Shown in pieces: positions 29,707 through 39,714 of a DNA stretch of 64,000 nt (position 1 is the stretch's first letter; the number at the start of each line of letters is the position of its first letter). The stretch is from an uncultured Gammaproteobacteria bacterium (GTDB taxonomy: Bacteria; Patescibacteriota; Microgenomatia; Levybacterales; UBA12049). The translations under genes were made by a program, and so were the position numbers. The stretch lies in assembly GCA_964483115.1 (NCBI GenBank), contig CAYZZF010000001.1, positions 19,907 to 83,906 of the forward strand. The letters are read 5' to 3'. The notes under the pieces are model-generated. The model was not told the DNA's origin. It made no database searches and worked only from the letters and a program-made list of their open reading frames with translations.

Positions 29707-30929
29707 GAAAAATTTCACTTGATTCAATTTTGCTTTTTGCACTTGTTGTTCCTTTTATCATGACTTATAGAATAAGTCCTAAAGAAACTCCTTATTGGCT
29801 TTTTGGGTTTATTTTTTTAGGGCTTCTTATTTATATAATTTTAGATTTCATAAAACTAAAAGAAAAATTATATTTCTTACTAAAACACAGCTTACTTTGG
29901 GTGCTCATAGTAGTGGTTATAGGAAGTGCATATATTTCCGCTATTATTGTGCGACATCAAACCTCTCCTATCTATAATATTAACGATATAATAATTCAGC
30001 AAGAATCCGCAATACGATTTTTACTTCATGGTAAAAATCCCTACGCTATTACATATTTTGGAACTCCGCTTGAAAAATGGAATTATTCAGATACAGAACT
30101 TAATCCGGCTCTTTATCATTTTGTTATGCAACCTTTTTATTTACTTTTTGCAACTCCTTTTTATCTTTTTTTCGGTCATATTGTTGGATTTTTTGATGGG
30201 CGCATACCTTTGTTATTCTTATTTTTCGTGCTATTGGTAATGGCAGATAAGCTTGTAAAGGAACGATCTAAAAAACTTGAATTTTTAATATTGCTGGCCT
30301 TTAATCCGGCTACCCTTGGTTATTTTCTTGAAGGAAGAGATGATATTTTTATGTTTACTTTTTTATTTACTGCCCTCTTTTTGCTTCATAAGAAGAAAGA
30401 TTTATTAGCTGGAATTTTTATGGCGCTTGCTTTTTCCATAAAACAATCAGCTTGGCCACTTTTTCCGTTTTATTTTGTCTATCTTTATTTTAAAAACAAA
30501 AATCTCAAAAAAACTATTATATCTCTAATTCCGTTTGCTGCAACTTTTTCTGTAATCGTTCTACCATTTTTTTTCTGGAATCCAAATGCATATCTTTCAA
30601 GCACCATATTTTATCTTTCTGGAAATACGGCGCACAGTTATCCGATTTCAGGATATGGATTAGGAGCGCTCCTTAATCAGCTAGGTTTTATAAAAGATGT
30701 GCATTCCTATTATCCTTTTTGGCTCTGGCAGCTTTTGATAGGATTGCCATTTTTAATTTGGTTAGTCAATTGGCAAAAAAAAGAAAATAGCATTTCAAGA
30801 CTTATAATAGTCTATGGACTCTTTCTTTTTGTATTTTGGTATTTGTCTCGCTATTTTAACAACAGCCACCTTGGTTATCTATCAATGATTTTTATAACTG
30901 CCTATTTCTGGCCAGAAAGTAATAAATAG
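29703..30929 (+). CDS. GT-C (GT87-like) membrane glycosyltransferase
   Basis: GKNPY, AFNP, EGRDD, IKQ motifs; multi-TM. Confidence 0.65.
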   Translation: MRKISLDSILLFALVVPFIMTYRISPKETPYWLFGFIFLGLLIYIILDFIKLKEKLYFLLKHSLLWVLIVVVIGSAYISAIIVRHQTSPIYNINDIIIQQESAIRFLLHGKNPYAITYFGTPLEKWNYSDTELNPALYHFVMQPFYLLFATPFYLFFGHIVGFFDGRIPLLFLFFVLLVMADKLVKERSKKLEFLILLAFNPATLGYFLEGRDDIFMFTFLFTALFLLHKKKDLLAGIFMALAFSIKQSAWPLFPFYFVYLYFKNKNLKKTIISLIPFAATFSVIVLPFFFWNPNAYLSSTIFYLSGNTAHSYPISGYGLGALLNQLGFIKDVHSYYPFWLWQLLIGLPFLIWLVNWQKKENSISRLIIVYGLFLFVFWYLSRYFNNSHLGYLSMIFITAYFWPESNK

Positions 30930-32713
30930 GAAGATAAAGGTCTGATAGATTTTATTATATCATCAATTACTTTTTTATCGCATTTGTTTTTAACTACGAT
31001 ACAACTTACTTTTATTTTTCCATTGGTAAGTTTTTTAACAGAGACTTTATAGCCATCTCCATTTAATAAAATTTCACCATCGACTTGTTTAGCACTCCAA
31101 TGCTCTGGATAAAAAAATCTTATTTTAGCTTGTCCATAAACATATTCTTTCTTAAAATTCTTCGAAAGATAATCTTGGTAAATTAATTTATATATTCGTT
31201 CAAATTGTGGATTGGCTTTGTTTTTTTTGGCAAGCTTATCCAAACTTTCAAGAGTTGGTAGATTCCTAGAATAATAAGAGAGGAGTTCTTGTTCTACTCT
31301 GGGATCACGGGTTCCTTCTTGTAGTTTTTGTTCTAATTCTTCTGCTCTTTTTTCATTTTCATTGCCGTAAAGTATGCGGCCAAGTGGTAAGTAACCATAT
31401 AAATAATTTAGAGGAATATAACTTGAAAGAAACATCTGGTTATAATCTGGATAGCTTTGTAAGCCCTTCAATCTATTTTTTACAATCCTTTCTGATGAAA
31501 GAAAAGTGGCACCATAATCTCCTTTTAACCCTCCCAAACTATTTATTAAGCTAAAAAAAGCACCATTGAATAAAATAGAAGTTAAGACTAATGTAAGAAA
31601 CAAGAGTATTGCCAGCGATTTAACAATTAAATTTTTCTTTTCAATAAAAAAAATAAAAGAAGTTGCTAGAAAAATAAACAAAAGTGGTAGAAGAATTATA
31701 AAATAATGCATAAGAGGGTCAATTTTTAAAAGAAAATATATTATCGGTAAGGTTATGCTTGCATAGGCCAAGAAAGAAACTTTTTTAAATTTTTTAATAA
31801 AGACTAAAAGACCGAAAGGCAAAAGTAGATATTCAAGATAAAACACTTTCCTTAATTGAAAAATAATGGGAAATTTTTCTGAAAAAGTTAATAAATCATT
31901 TCCCATTACAAAATTGAAATTTCCTTGACTAGTAATTTGGAGAGGTCTTAAAAATATAGAAAAATTGTAAAAAGCACTTAATCTATTATTTGCTAAGACA
32001 ATGGTCTTAAAATCAGGGAAACTACTTGAGATTTCATAAACAAAATAAGGGATTAAAGGAGACAACCCTATCAATAAGCCCAAAAAGGTATATTTTAAAT
32101 TTAATTTGACCTTTTGAAACAGAAGAAAGATTGTAATAATACTAATAAAGATAATACTTGTTTGATGGAGCTCTATAAGAAATAGAGCAACTGCTGTATA
32201 TATCAGCCAATAGAACGTTTTTCTTTCCAGAACTAGTTTATGCAGGCTATAAAATAAAGGAACAAAAAATGGTGCTAATAAATCTTGGGTCCAAATTTTT
32301 CTTGAGTAAAGGATTGCCCATGGGGAAAAAGCAAAAAGAATAGTTGAAATTAAGGCTATCCTTATTCCGTAATAACGTTTTATTATTAAAAACAAAAATC
32401 CAATACTTAGCGAATTTATAAGTCCTATAAAAAAAGAAATTCCTCTTGGATCAAGGGTTATAAGAGTAAAGGGAAAAAGAAGATAATTAAAAAAAGGGGG
32501 GTTTAAGATTCCAACGCTTGAAACTGTTCCTCCTGGGGTAAATGGATGACCAAATAAAGGTCTTGAGGAAAGAAGCAAATTTACTGCTTCATCAGTTTTG
32601 AACTCAATAAGATTAAGGTTGGTTAAACGGAAAACCAAAGATGCAAGAAAAATAATTGCAAATAATAAAAAAGTTTGAGAAAAAAATAGCTTGTTAACTT
32701 TTTTTATTAGCAC
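30902..32713 (-). CDS. ArnT/PMT-like GT-C glycosyltransferase
   Basis: FRL..FKTDEA, FSPWAILYSRKIW; multi-TM. Confidence 0.75.
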   Translation of the reverse strand: MLIKKVNKLFFSQTFLLFAIIFLASLVFRLTNLNLIEFKTDEAVNLLLSSRPLFGHPFTPGGTVSSVGILNPPFFNYLLFPFTLITLDPRGISFFIGLINSLSIGFLFLIIKRYYGIRIALISTILFAFSPWAILYSRKIWTQDLLAPFFVPLFYSLHKLVLERKTFYWLIYTAVALFLIELHQTSIIFISIITIFLLFQKVKLNLKYTFLGLLIGLSPLIPYFVYEISSSFPDFKTIVLANNRLSAFYNFSIFLRPLQITSQGNFNFVMGNDLLTFSEKFPIIFQLRKVFYLEYLLLPFGLLVFIKKFKKVSFLAYASITLPIIYFLLKIDPLMHYFIILLPLLFIFLATSFIFFIEKKNLIVKSLAILLFLTLVLTSILFNGAFFSLINSLGGLKGDYGATFLSSERIVKNRLKGLQSYPDYNQMFLSSYIPLNYLYGYLPLGRILYGNENEKRAEELEQKLQEGTRDPRVEQELLSYYSRNLPTLESLDKLAKKNKANPQFERIYKLIYQDYLSKNFKKEYVYGQAKIRFFYPEHWSAKQVDGEILLNGDGYKVSVKKLTNGKIKVSCIVVKNKCDKKVIDDIIKSIRPLSSYLLLSGQK

Positions 32714-32834
32714 ATCGTATAAGATTTAGTTAGTACAATAAACCTATTGTAGAGACTTTAGTAATCATTATCAATGAAGAAATCGTTCAATTTTGTTGCC
32801 GGTTATGATAAATAAAAATTGAGATTAAGTAATT

Positions 32835-34568
32835 TTACTCAAGTTTAGTAATAAATGTAACACAAAACTTCTTTTCAGGTAGATCTTCTACATTAAAATC
32901 ACTAAGAGATAAATTTTCAGGGTATCTTCTAAAATTATATTTACTACATATTTTATCGTTAAATATTTTATAAATCTCTCCTCCATCTGAAAGTCTTGCA
33001 ATAGTTAAATTTTTTGCCGTTTTATCTACTGTCTTACAATTAAAGTCACGCTCGGCAATTAGGACAGTATTTTTTTCTAATTTTTTTGGGCATGAACCAA
33101 AGACAACGTTATCATATCTGAATTGGTAGTTATTTATATTTTGTGCTATTAAATTTGCACTTTTTGAATTGTAGTTATTGGTATAGAATAAATACTGTCT
33201 AAAAAGAGAAGGAATTATTTTGCTGTTTTTGTTTGTTAAAACGAATACTTTTTGTCCATTATTTTCTGCAGACTTAATGTATTTTGAAACTACTCTGTTT
33301 GAAAAACCAAAGCCTTCAGAATTGTAGACTGGATTTCTAAATAAATATATATACATAAAATTGGCAACAGACAGAGAATAAAAAATGATCAATAACAGAG
33401 TTATTGTCCTTTTATATTTAGCAATAGTTTGGGAGTCTAAAAAATACCATATTCCAAAACCTGTAATAATTATTAAAAAAGGAAACGCAAGAGATGACCT
33501 TATTGGGTAGGATGTTCCAACATTGCTTAAAACAGACGGTAAAGGTGTGATTAGGAGCATACTAAGGAAAAGAAAAAAAACTTCTTTATATTTTCTGTAA
33601 AGCCCATAGAATCCTATAATCAAGAAAATTATATCAAGGTAATAAAACATTCCATGATTCCAGATAGAGAAAGTAGATCTTGAATCACCATATGAAAACA
33701 AAAATTGACTAGAATAAAAGCCTAAGAATTTATTTATGGAATCCTGACTAATCAATGTTAATTTATTTGAAAATAAATTGCTTAGCGGATTTTCTATTGT
33801 GTTTTTTCTTGCTTCATTCACAGCTTGTGCTGTCTTGCCGAGATTTAAAATGCTTATCTCAGACAGTCTTGCAGATGTAGCCGTGCGCATAGAAACAAAG
33901 AAATAAAAAATAGTAGCTAAAGACAAGAGGAGTACAATGACATATTGGAAAGTATACTTCTTTTTATAAATATATTTCCAGACAAACAGTATTGCAATGA
34001 TGACAAATGGTATAAATATAATTTTTGTACCGATATAAGTATAAAATCCCAAGAATAGAAAAGGGAAGGAAAAAATAATTTTCCAGCCTTTTTTTATCAA
34101 TAAGATATAAAAACTTAATAAGAAAAAGAATACAGCCAGAGGTGCATCAAAAGAGGTTCTACCAAAGTATATAGACCAAGGATTAATTGCTGCAACAAGA
34201 CCAATTATAAATGCCTGTTTTTCTCCAAACAGTCTTTTTCCTACTAAATATAAAACAATTATCAGTAAAACACTAGATAATGCATAAGGAAAACGCGCGG
34301 CTAAAAGAGAAAAATTTAAAGCCCCTATAAAAGGAGCAATTAAGATATAAGGTAATTCGGCTTTTGGGTTTTCATAGGGAGGAATAGTAAGCGAAAAAGG
34401 AGACCATGTTTGACTGATGTCTTTTCCTGTTAAGAATATTGATTTGGCATTCAATATATAATCTAGTTCATCGTCACTTATTCCAATTGGAATTCTGTCT
34501 AGTAAAGATAGGCGAAGAACTAAAGAAAGGGAAATTATTGCAAAAAGAGGGAGAAATTTAATTTTCAT
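32835..34568 (-). CDS. ArnT/PMT-like GT-C glycosyltransferase
   Basis: LRL..P...DELDY..NA, INPWSIYFGR. Confidence 0.8.
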   Translation of the reverse strand: MKIKFLPLFAIISLSLVLRLSLLDRIPIGISDDELDYILNAKSIFLTGKDISQTWSPFSLTIPPYENPKAELPYILIAPFIGALNFSLLAARFPYALSSVLLIIVLYLVGKRLFGEKQAFIIGLVAAINPWSIYFGRTSFDAPLAVFFFLLSFYILLIKKGWKIIFSFPFLFLGFYTYIGTKIIFIPFVIIAILFVWKYIYKKKYTFQYVIVLLLSLATIFYFFVSMRTATSARLSEISILNLGKTAQAVNEARKNTIENPLSNLFSNKLTLISQDSINKFLGFYSSQFLFSYGDSRSTFSIWNHGMFYYLDIIFLIIGFYGLYRKYKEVFFLFLSMLLITPLPSVLSNVGTSYPIRSSLAFPFLIIITGFGIWYFLDSQTIAKYKRTITLLLIIFYSLSVANFMYIYLFRNPVYNSEGFGFSNRVVSKYIKSAENNGQKVFVLTNKNSKIIPSLFRQYLFYTNNYNSKSANLIAQNINNYQFRYDNVVFGSCPKKLEKNTVLIAERDFNCKTVDKTAKNLTIARLSDGGEIYKIFNDKICSKYNFRRYPENLSLSDFNVEDLPEKKFCVTFITKLE

Positions 34569-34616
34569 TCGTTTTTAATTATGATATCATACTAATGTTG
34601 TTTATTTCCAAACTTT

Positions 34617-36302
34617 GTGAAGAGAACTAATTTTATCTTAATTTTTATTATTATAGTAGCCGCTTTTTTACGCTTTTATCAACTTGGGACAAATCCTCCT
34701 TCATTGACCTGGGATGAAGTGGCCTGGGGATATAATGCTTACTCTTTGGGACTTGATGGGAAAGATGAATTTGACAGATTTTTACCCGTTGATTATTTAG
34801 AGTCATTTGGGGATTTTAAGCCTCCTGTTTATGCATATCTAGATGTCATTCCGATAAAATTATTTGGACTCACCACCTTTGCGGTGAGATTCCCCTCTGC
34901 TTTTTTTGGCGTTCTTACGGTTTTACTAACTTATTTTTTGGTAAAAAGAATATTCTATAATTCAAAAAATAAAGAACTTTATGCTTTATTCTCCACTTTT
35001 ATTCTTGCAATATCTCCTTGGCATATTTTGCTCTCTCGTGCGGCATTTGAGGCAAACGTTGCATCATTTTTCATCGTAATGGGCATGTTTCTTTTTTTCA
35101 AGGCAATATCTCAAGGTGTAGCCTCTATATCACCTCGGAGGTGGGGTTATATTTACACCTTAGGATTTTTTCTTATCTTGTCTGTTATCTCTTTTATTCT
35201 TTCTATGTATACTTTTAGCACCGCAAGAATTATTGCTCCTCTTTTAATTATAATTTTAGCAGTAGGTTTTAGAAAAGAGCTTCTTTCGCGAAAAAAAGAA
35301 ATAGCTCTTGCAATTATTCTCGGATTTTTTTTGCTATTGCCACTTATAAATTTTTTATTTACACCAGCTGCAAGTCTTAGGTTTAGAGAGGTAAATATTT
35401 TTTCCGATATAGCTGTTATTGAGAATACAAATCAGGAAATTACCAATGATAATGATGCTATTTGGTCAAAAGTAATTCACAATAGACGCTTTGCTTATGC
35501 TGTATCTTATTTCAGACATTATTTTGATAATTTAAGTCCAAGCTTTCTTTTTATAAAAGGAGATGGAAATCCTAAGTTTTCAACTCAAACAGTTGGAGAA
35601 ATGTACTTATGGGATTTGCCATTTTTCATTGTTGGTGTTTTTCTGCTTATTAAAAGAAAAGAAGGCAATTGGTGGATTATTCCCGCTTGGCTTATCTTAG
35701 GAATAATTCCTGCCGCGACTGCTCGTGAAACCCCCCATGCTTTAAGAATCGAAGCAACACTTCCGACTTTCCAAACCATAACCGCAATTGGAGTAAGTTC
35801 GTTTATAATCTGGATAAAGAATCTAAGACTAAAAAAATATTTTAAATCTTTAATTGTCATTTTTATATTTTCATTTTTAATTTTTAATTTTGTATATTTT
35901 TATCATGATTATTTTGCGCATTATTCAAGAATTTATTCGGGAGAATGGCAGTATGGATACAGAGATTCAATTGAGTATGTAAAAAGCGTTCAAAATCAAT
36001 ATGACGAAATCCGCATTACAAATAAATTGGGAAGACCATATATATATTATCTATTTTATACAAATACAAACCCTAAGATATTTAGAAAAACTGCACAAAT
36101 TAAAAGAGATTCTTTTGGATTTGTGACCATCCGCGGATTTTCTAAATATCGTTTTTCGGACAGTCTTTTGTCAATAAAAGATAAAGCAAGGAGAGTCCTT
36201 TATATCGATATTCCAGCAAGAGTTCCAAAAAAAGTAGAGATTTTGAAATCGTTTTACTTACTTAACGGAGAGAAAATGCTGGTTGCCTATAGAGAAAATT
36301 GA
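34617..36302 (+). CDS. ArnT/PMT-like GT-C glycosyltransferase
   Basis: WDEVAWGYNAYS, DFKPP, ISPWH..SR.AFE, PHALR. Confidence 0.85.
   Translation: MKRTNFILIFIIIVAAFLRFYQLGTNPPSLTWDEVAWGYNAYSLGLDGKDEFDRFLPVDYLESFGDFKPPVYAYLDVIPIKLFGLTTFAVRFPSAFFGVLTVLLTYFLVKRIFYNSKNKELYALFSTFILAISPWHILLSRAAFEANVASFFIVMGMFLFFKAISQGVASISPRRWGYIYTLGFFLILSVISFILSMYTFSTARIIAPLLIIILAVGFRKELLSRKKEIALAIILGFFLLLPLINFLFTPAASLRFREVNIFSDIAVIENTNQEITNDNDAIWSKVIHNRRFAYAVSYFRHYFDNLSPSFLFIKGDGNPKFSTQTVGEMYLWDLPFFIVGVFLLIKRKEGNWWIIPAWLILGIIPAATARETPHALRIEATLPTFQTITAIGVSSFIIWIKNLRLKKYFKSLIVIFIFSFLIFNFVYFYHDYFAHYSRIYSGEWQYGYRDSIEYVKSVQNQYDEIRITNKLGRPYIYYLFYTNTNPKIFRKTAQIKRDSFGFVTIRGFSKYRFSDSLLSIKDKARRVLYIDIPARVPKKVEILKSFYLLNGEKMLVAYREN
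35113..35161. repeat. Palindromic dispersed repeat copy D (in frame)
   Basis: AAGGTGTA...CACCT-CGG-AGGTG...TACACCTT nested stems; encodes QGVASISPRRWGYIYTL. Confidence 0.8.
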
Positions 36303-38026
36303 TGTTTGGGTTGAAAATGAATAAAAAAATTGTTTATCTTTGTCTTTTTTTGATTATTATTACTGCCTCAATATTAAGATTATGGCAGTTAGGAAATGTT
36401 CCGCCTTCTCCAGATTGGGATGAGGCTGCTCTTGGGTATAATGCATATTCGATTTTACATACAGGCCGCGACGAGTATGGAAAGTTATTGCCGATTGTAC
36501 TTAGGTCATTTGATGATTATAAGCCTGCTTTATATGCATATTTAGTCATTCCATTTATCAAAATAATTGGTCTAAATGTAGTCGCGGTAAGATTACCTTC
36601 AGTAATCTTTGGCATACTGACTGTTATTGCAACATATTTCTTGGTTAAAGAATTACTCGGCGAAAAACTCAAAGCTCAAAATGCAAATCTCAAAATTGTA
36701 ACTCAAAACTCAAAAGTTGAACCACTTGCTCTTTTAACAGCGTTTTTACTTGCAATTTCTCCCTGGCACATCCAATTTTCAAGAATTGCGTTCGAATCAA
36801 ATGTTGGTCTTGCATTTAATGTTTTCTTTGTATTTTTCTTTCTCAAAGGTCTTAAAAAACCATGGTTGCTTATTTTATCTGCTTTCTTTATGGGAATAAA
36901 TATATATGTCTATCAGAGTGAAAAAGTTTTTACCCCGCTTTTACTTTTAGCGCTTGTCGTGATATTTAGAAAAGAGCTTTTTTCTATTCCTAAAAAATAT
37001 ATTATTTATGCAGTAGTTATTGGTATTTTGGTGTTTTTACCAATGGCAGGATATATCATTAGCAACAAAAACGTTTTTGAAAGAGCGCAAGGAGTCAGTA
37101 TCTTTGCAGAGTCCTCACAGCTTTTGGAAGAAAATTCTAAAAAACTTCTTGTTGATAGGCAAAACAATGATTTCTTAGGTCTCATACTAGATAACCGCCG
37201 TATCGTTTTTGCCAAAGAGATTATATCAGGATATGTTTCGCACTTTAATCTTAATTGGCTTTTTATAACTGGTGATATTGCAAGGCATCATGCTCCTAAT
37301 ATGGGACTTTTGTATCTTTTCGAATTACCATTCTTGTTTGTTGGTATCTATGAGTTGATTTTTGGTAAGTTTGATAAAAAAATAAAGTTTTTAATATTTT
37401 CGTGGTTTCTTATTGCACCTATACCAGCGTCAATTACAAGTGGAGTGCCTCATGCGGTTAGGTCCCTCAATTTTCTTCCCATGTTCCAAATATTTATAGC
37501 ATTAGGAATAGTTAGCAGTATTGCTTTAATTTCAAATTTTAAATTTAAAATTTTAAATTTTAAAATATGGAAACTATTTGCTATTTGCTATTTGCTATTT
37601 GCTATTTTTAATTTTTTATATTATTTAGACCAATATTTTGTTCAGCTTAATTATTTTAACTCAAAAGATTGGCAGTATGGCTATAAACAAACAATAGATA
37701 CCGTTAAGCAGATAGAAGTAAAATATAAAAAAATTATTGTATCTAACCAGCCATATTTAGATCAGTCTTATATGTTTTTTCTCTTTTACTTAAAATACCC
37801 ACCCGAATTGTATCAGAAAGAATCAAAATTTGCTTCTGGGGGTTTTAGAGAAAATCATAAATTTGGAAAATTTGAATTTAGGCCATTTAATTTTGAAAAT
37901 GAAAAAGAAACAGAAGTTTTGTATATAGGAAGACCGCTTGATTTTCCGCAAAATGACTTAGGACAAGTAAAAACCATAAATTTTTTAGATGGAACTCCGG
38001 CAATAAAAATGGTTGAAAGATTATGA
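36302..38026 (+). CDS. ArnT/PMT-like GT-C glycosyltransferase
   Basis: WDEAALGYNAYS, DDYKP, ISPWH, PHAVR; start 36302 or 36317. Confidence 0.85.
   Translation: MFGLKMNKKIVYLCLFLIIITASILRLWQLGNVPPSPDWDEAALGYNAYSILHTGRDEYGKLLPIVLRSFDDYKPALYAYLVIPFIKIIGLNVVAVRLPSVIFGILTVIATYFLVKELLGEKLKAQNANLKIVTQNSKVEPLALLTAFLLAISPWHIQFSRIAFESNVGLAFNVFFVFFFLKGLKKPWLLILSAFFMGINIYVYQSEKVFTPLLLLALVVIFRKELFSIPKKYIIYAVVIGILVFLPMAGYIISNKNVFERAQGVSIFAESSQLLEENSKKLLVDRQNNDFLGLILDNRRIVFAKEIISGYVSHFNLNWLFITGDIARHHAPNMGLLYLFELPFLFVGIYELIFGKFDKKIKFLIFSWFLIAPIPASITSGVPHAVRSLNFLPMFQIFIALGIVSSIALISNFKFKILNFKIWKLFAICYLLFAIFNFLYYLDQYFVQLNYFNSKDWQYGYKQTIDTVKQIEVKYKKIIVSNQPYLDQSYMFFLFYLKYPPELYQKESKFASGGFRENHKFGKFEFRPFNFENEKETEVLYIGRPLDFPQNDLGQVKTINFLDGTPAIKMVERL
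36666..36717 (+). repeat. AACTCAA-family array with 6-nt phase break
   Basis: Encodes KLKAQNANLKIVTQNSKV. Confidence 0.85.
37529..37608 (+). repeat. Two adjacent arrays: ATTTHAA x5 and (CTATTTG)x4+CTATTTT
   Basis: Encodes ISNFKFKILNFK and LFAICYLLFAIF. Confidence 0.9.
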
Positions 38027-39714
38027 GAAATCTTAAGATTCTTTTTCTTTTAAGTATTATTCTTTTGGCCGTATTCTTACGTTTTTATAAATTAAATACC
38101 GTTCCACCGAGTGCCTCTTTAGACGAGGCAAGCATTGGTTTTAATGCTTACTCAATTCTTCAAACAGGAGAGGATGAGTACGGATATAAATTTCCCATTC
38201 TTCTCAGAGCTTACGATGATTGGCGCCCTGCGCTTTACGTTTATCTTGTCATTCCATTTGTAAAAATTTTTGGTCTTGATGCTATATCGGTGCGCTTACC
38301 TTCGGTGATTCTTTCAGTTCTAACTATTTTAGCAACTTATTTTTTGGTAAAAAAACTTTTTAAACTCAAAACTCAAAACTCAAAACTCAAAAATACAATT
38401 CAAAATTCAAAAGAATCAGAAATTAGTAGTTTGAGATTAGAAATTTTAGCTTTGCTTTCAATAGGATTGTTCGCGATATCCCCATTGAGTGTATATATTT
38501 CAAGACTTGGCCACGAAGCAAATCTAGGACTATTTTTTGTTGTTTTTGGAATTTTATTTTTTCTGCTTTCGCAAAGAAAAAAAACGTTTCTTATTCTTTC
38601 TGCAATTTTTTTTGCTCTATCTTTATATTCATATCAGAGTGAAAAAATATTTGCCCCGCTTATAGTTATTGCTCTGGGTATTATATACAGAAAAGAGCTT
38701 TATAAGATAAAAAAAACTCTTTTACTATCTATTGTTATAGGATTATTAATTTCGATTCCAATTTTAGCTGCTTCTTTTTCTCCGCAAGCGCTTATTAGAT
38801 TTAAAGGAACCAGCGCATTTGATGCTTCTAATCCTTTATATAGTCAAAGCGCAAAACGTCTTCTTATAAGTCGGCAGAAGAGCGATATTATTGGTGAGGT
38901 TCTAAACAATAGACGAATAACAAGCGTATATATTTTTATTTCCCAATATTTTTCAAATTTTAATCCGCAATGGATTTTTGAGAATCGTGGAAACGAATCA
39001 TTTAAAGCGCCAGGAGTTGGACTTTTATATTTTTGGGAGGCTCCGTTTCTTTTGGTTGGGATATTTTCCCTTTTCAAAAATAAATATTCATCAAAGACAA
39101 AAGCTGTTGTCGCTTCTTGGGCTCTAATAGCTTTTGTTGCTCCTTCTATAACAACTCAAGCCCCTCATGCTATGAGATCTTACAATGTATTGCCAATACC
39201 TCAGATTTTGATTGGCCTTGGGATCCTTGAAATGGGTAAATTCTTCCCTAAAAAGCTTGGAATTATTTTGCTTGCCATTTTAGTGGTTTCTCAACTTTAC
39301 TACTTCTTTAATCAATATTTTTTTGTTTTTCCAAGAACGGAATCATCTTCATTTCAATATGCTTTATCAAATGTAATGCCTTATGTTTCTAGAGTCAAAA
39401 ATAAATATAAAACTGTTGTAATTTCAAATAGGGATAACTTATACCAATCTTATATGTTTTATCTTTTTTATACTAGATATAAGCCAACATTGTATTTAGG
39501 AAACGGAGGTACTGTATCTGGCGGATTTGCTCAAACGCATAAAATTGACAATCTTTTGTTTAAGCCCATTTCTTTTAAAGATAATGCAATAGAAGGGAAA
39601 ACCCTTTATGTAGGTAATCCTTCGGATTTTCCAAAATCCGAAGCTAGTCTTCTTATGTTTGAAAACCTTGATGGAAAACCTGCCGTAGAAGTGGTATCAA
39701 AAAATGAAAATTAA
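38023..39714 (+). CDS. ArnT/PMT-like GT-C glycosyltransferase
   Basis: LDEASIGFNAYS, DDWRP, PHAMR; tandem paralogue. Confidence 0.85.
   Translation: MRNLKILFLLSIILLAVFLRFYKLNTVPPSASLDEASIGFNAYSILQTGEDEYGYKFPILLRAYDDWRPALYVYLVIPFVKIFGLDAISVRLPSVILSVLTILATYFLVKKLFKLKTQNSKLKNTIQNSKESEISSLRLEILALLSIGLFAISPLSVYISRLGHEANLGLFFVVFGILFFLLSQRKKTFLILSAIFFALSLYSYQSEKIFAPLIVIALGIIYRKELYKIKKTLLLSIVIGLLISIPILAASFSPQALIRFKGTSAFDASNPLYSQSAKRLLISRQKSDIIGEVLNNRRITSVYIFISQYFSNFNPQWIFENRGNESFKAPGVGLLYFWEAPFLLVGIFSLFKNKYSSKTKAVVASWALIAFVAPSITTQAPHAMRSYNVLPIPQILIGLGILEMGKFFPKKLGIILLAILVVSQLYYFFNQYFFVFPRTESSSFQYALSNVMPYVSRVKNKYKTVVISNRDNLYQSYMFYLFYTRYKPTLYLGNGGTVSGGFAQTHKIDNLLFKPISFKDNAIEGKTLYVGNPSDFPKSEASLLMFENLDGKPAVEVVSKNEN
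38362..38447 (+). repeat. (AAACTCA)x4 + phase break + degenerate inverse arm
   Basis: Encodes KLKTQNSKLKNTIQNSKESEISSLRLEI. Confidence 0.9.
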
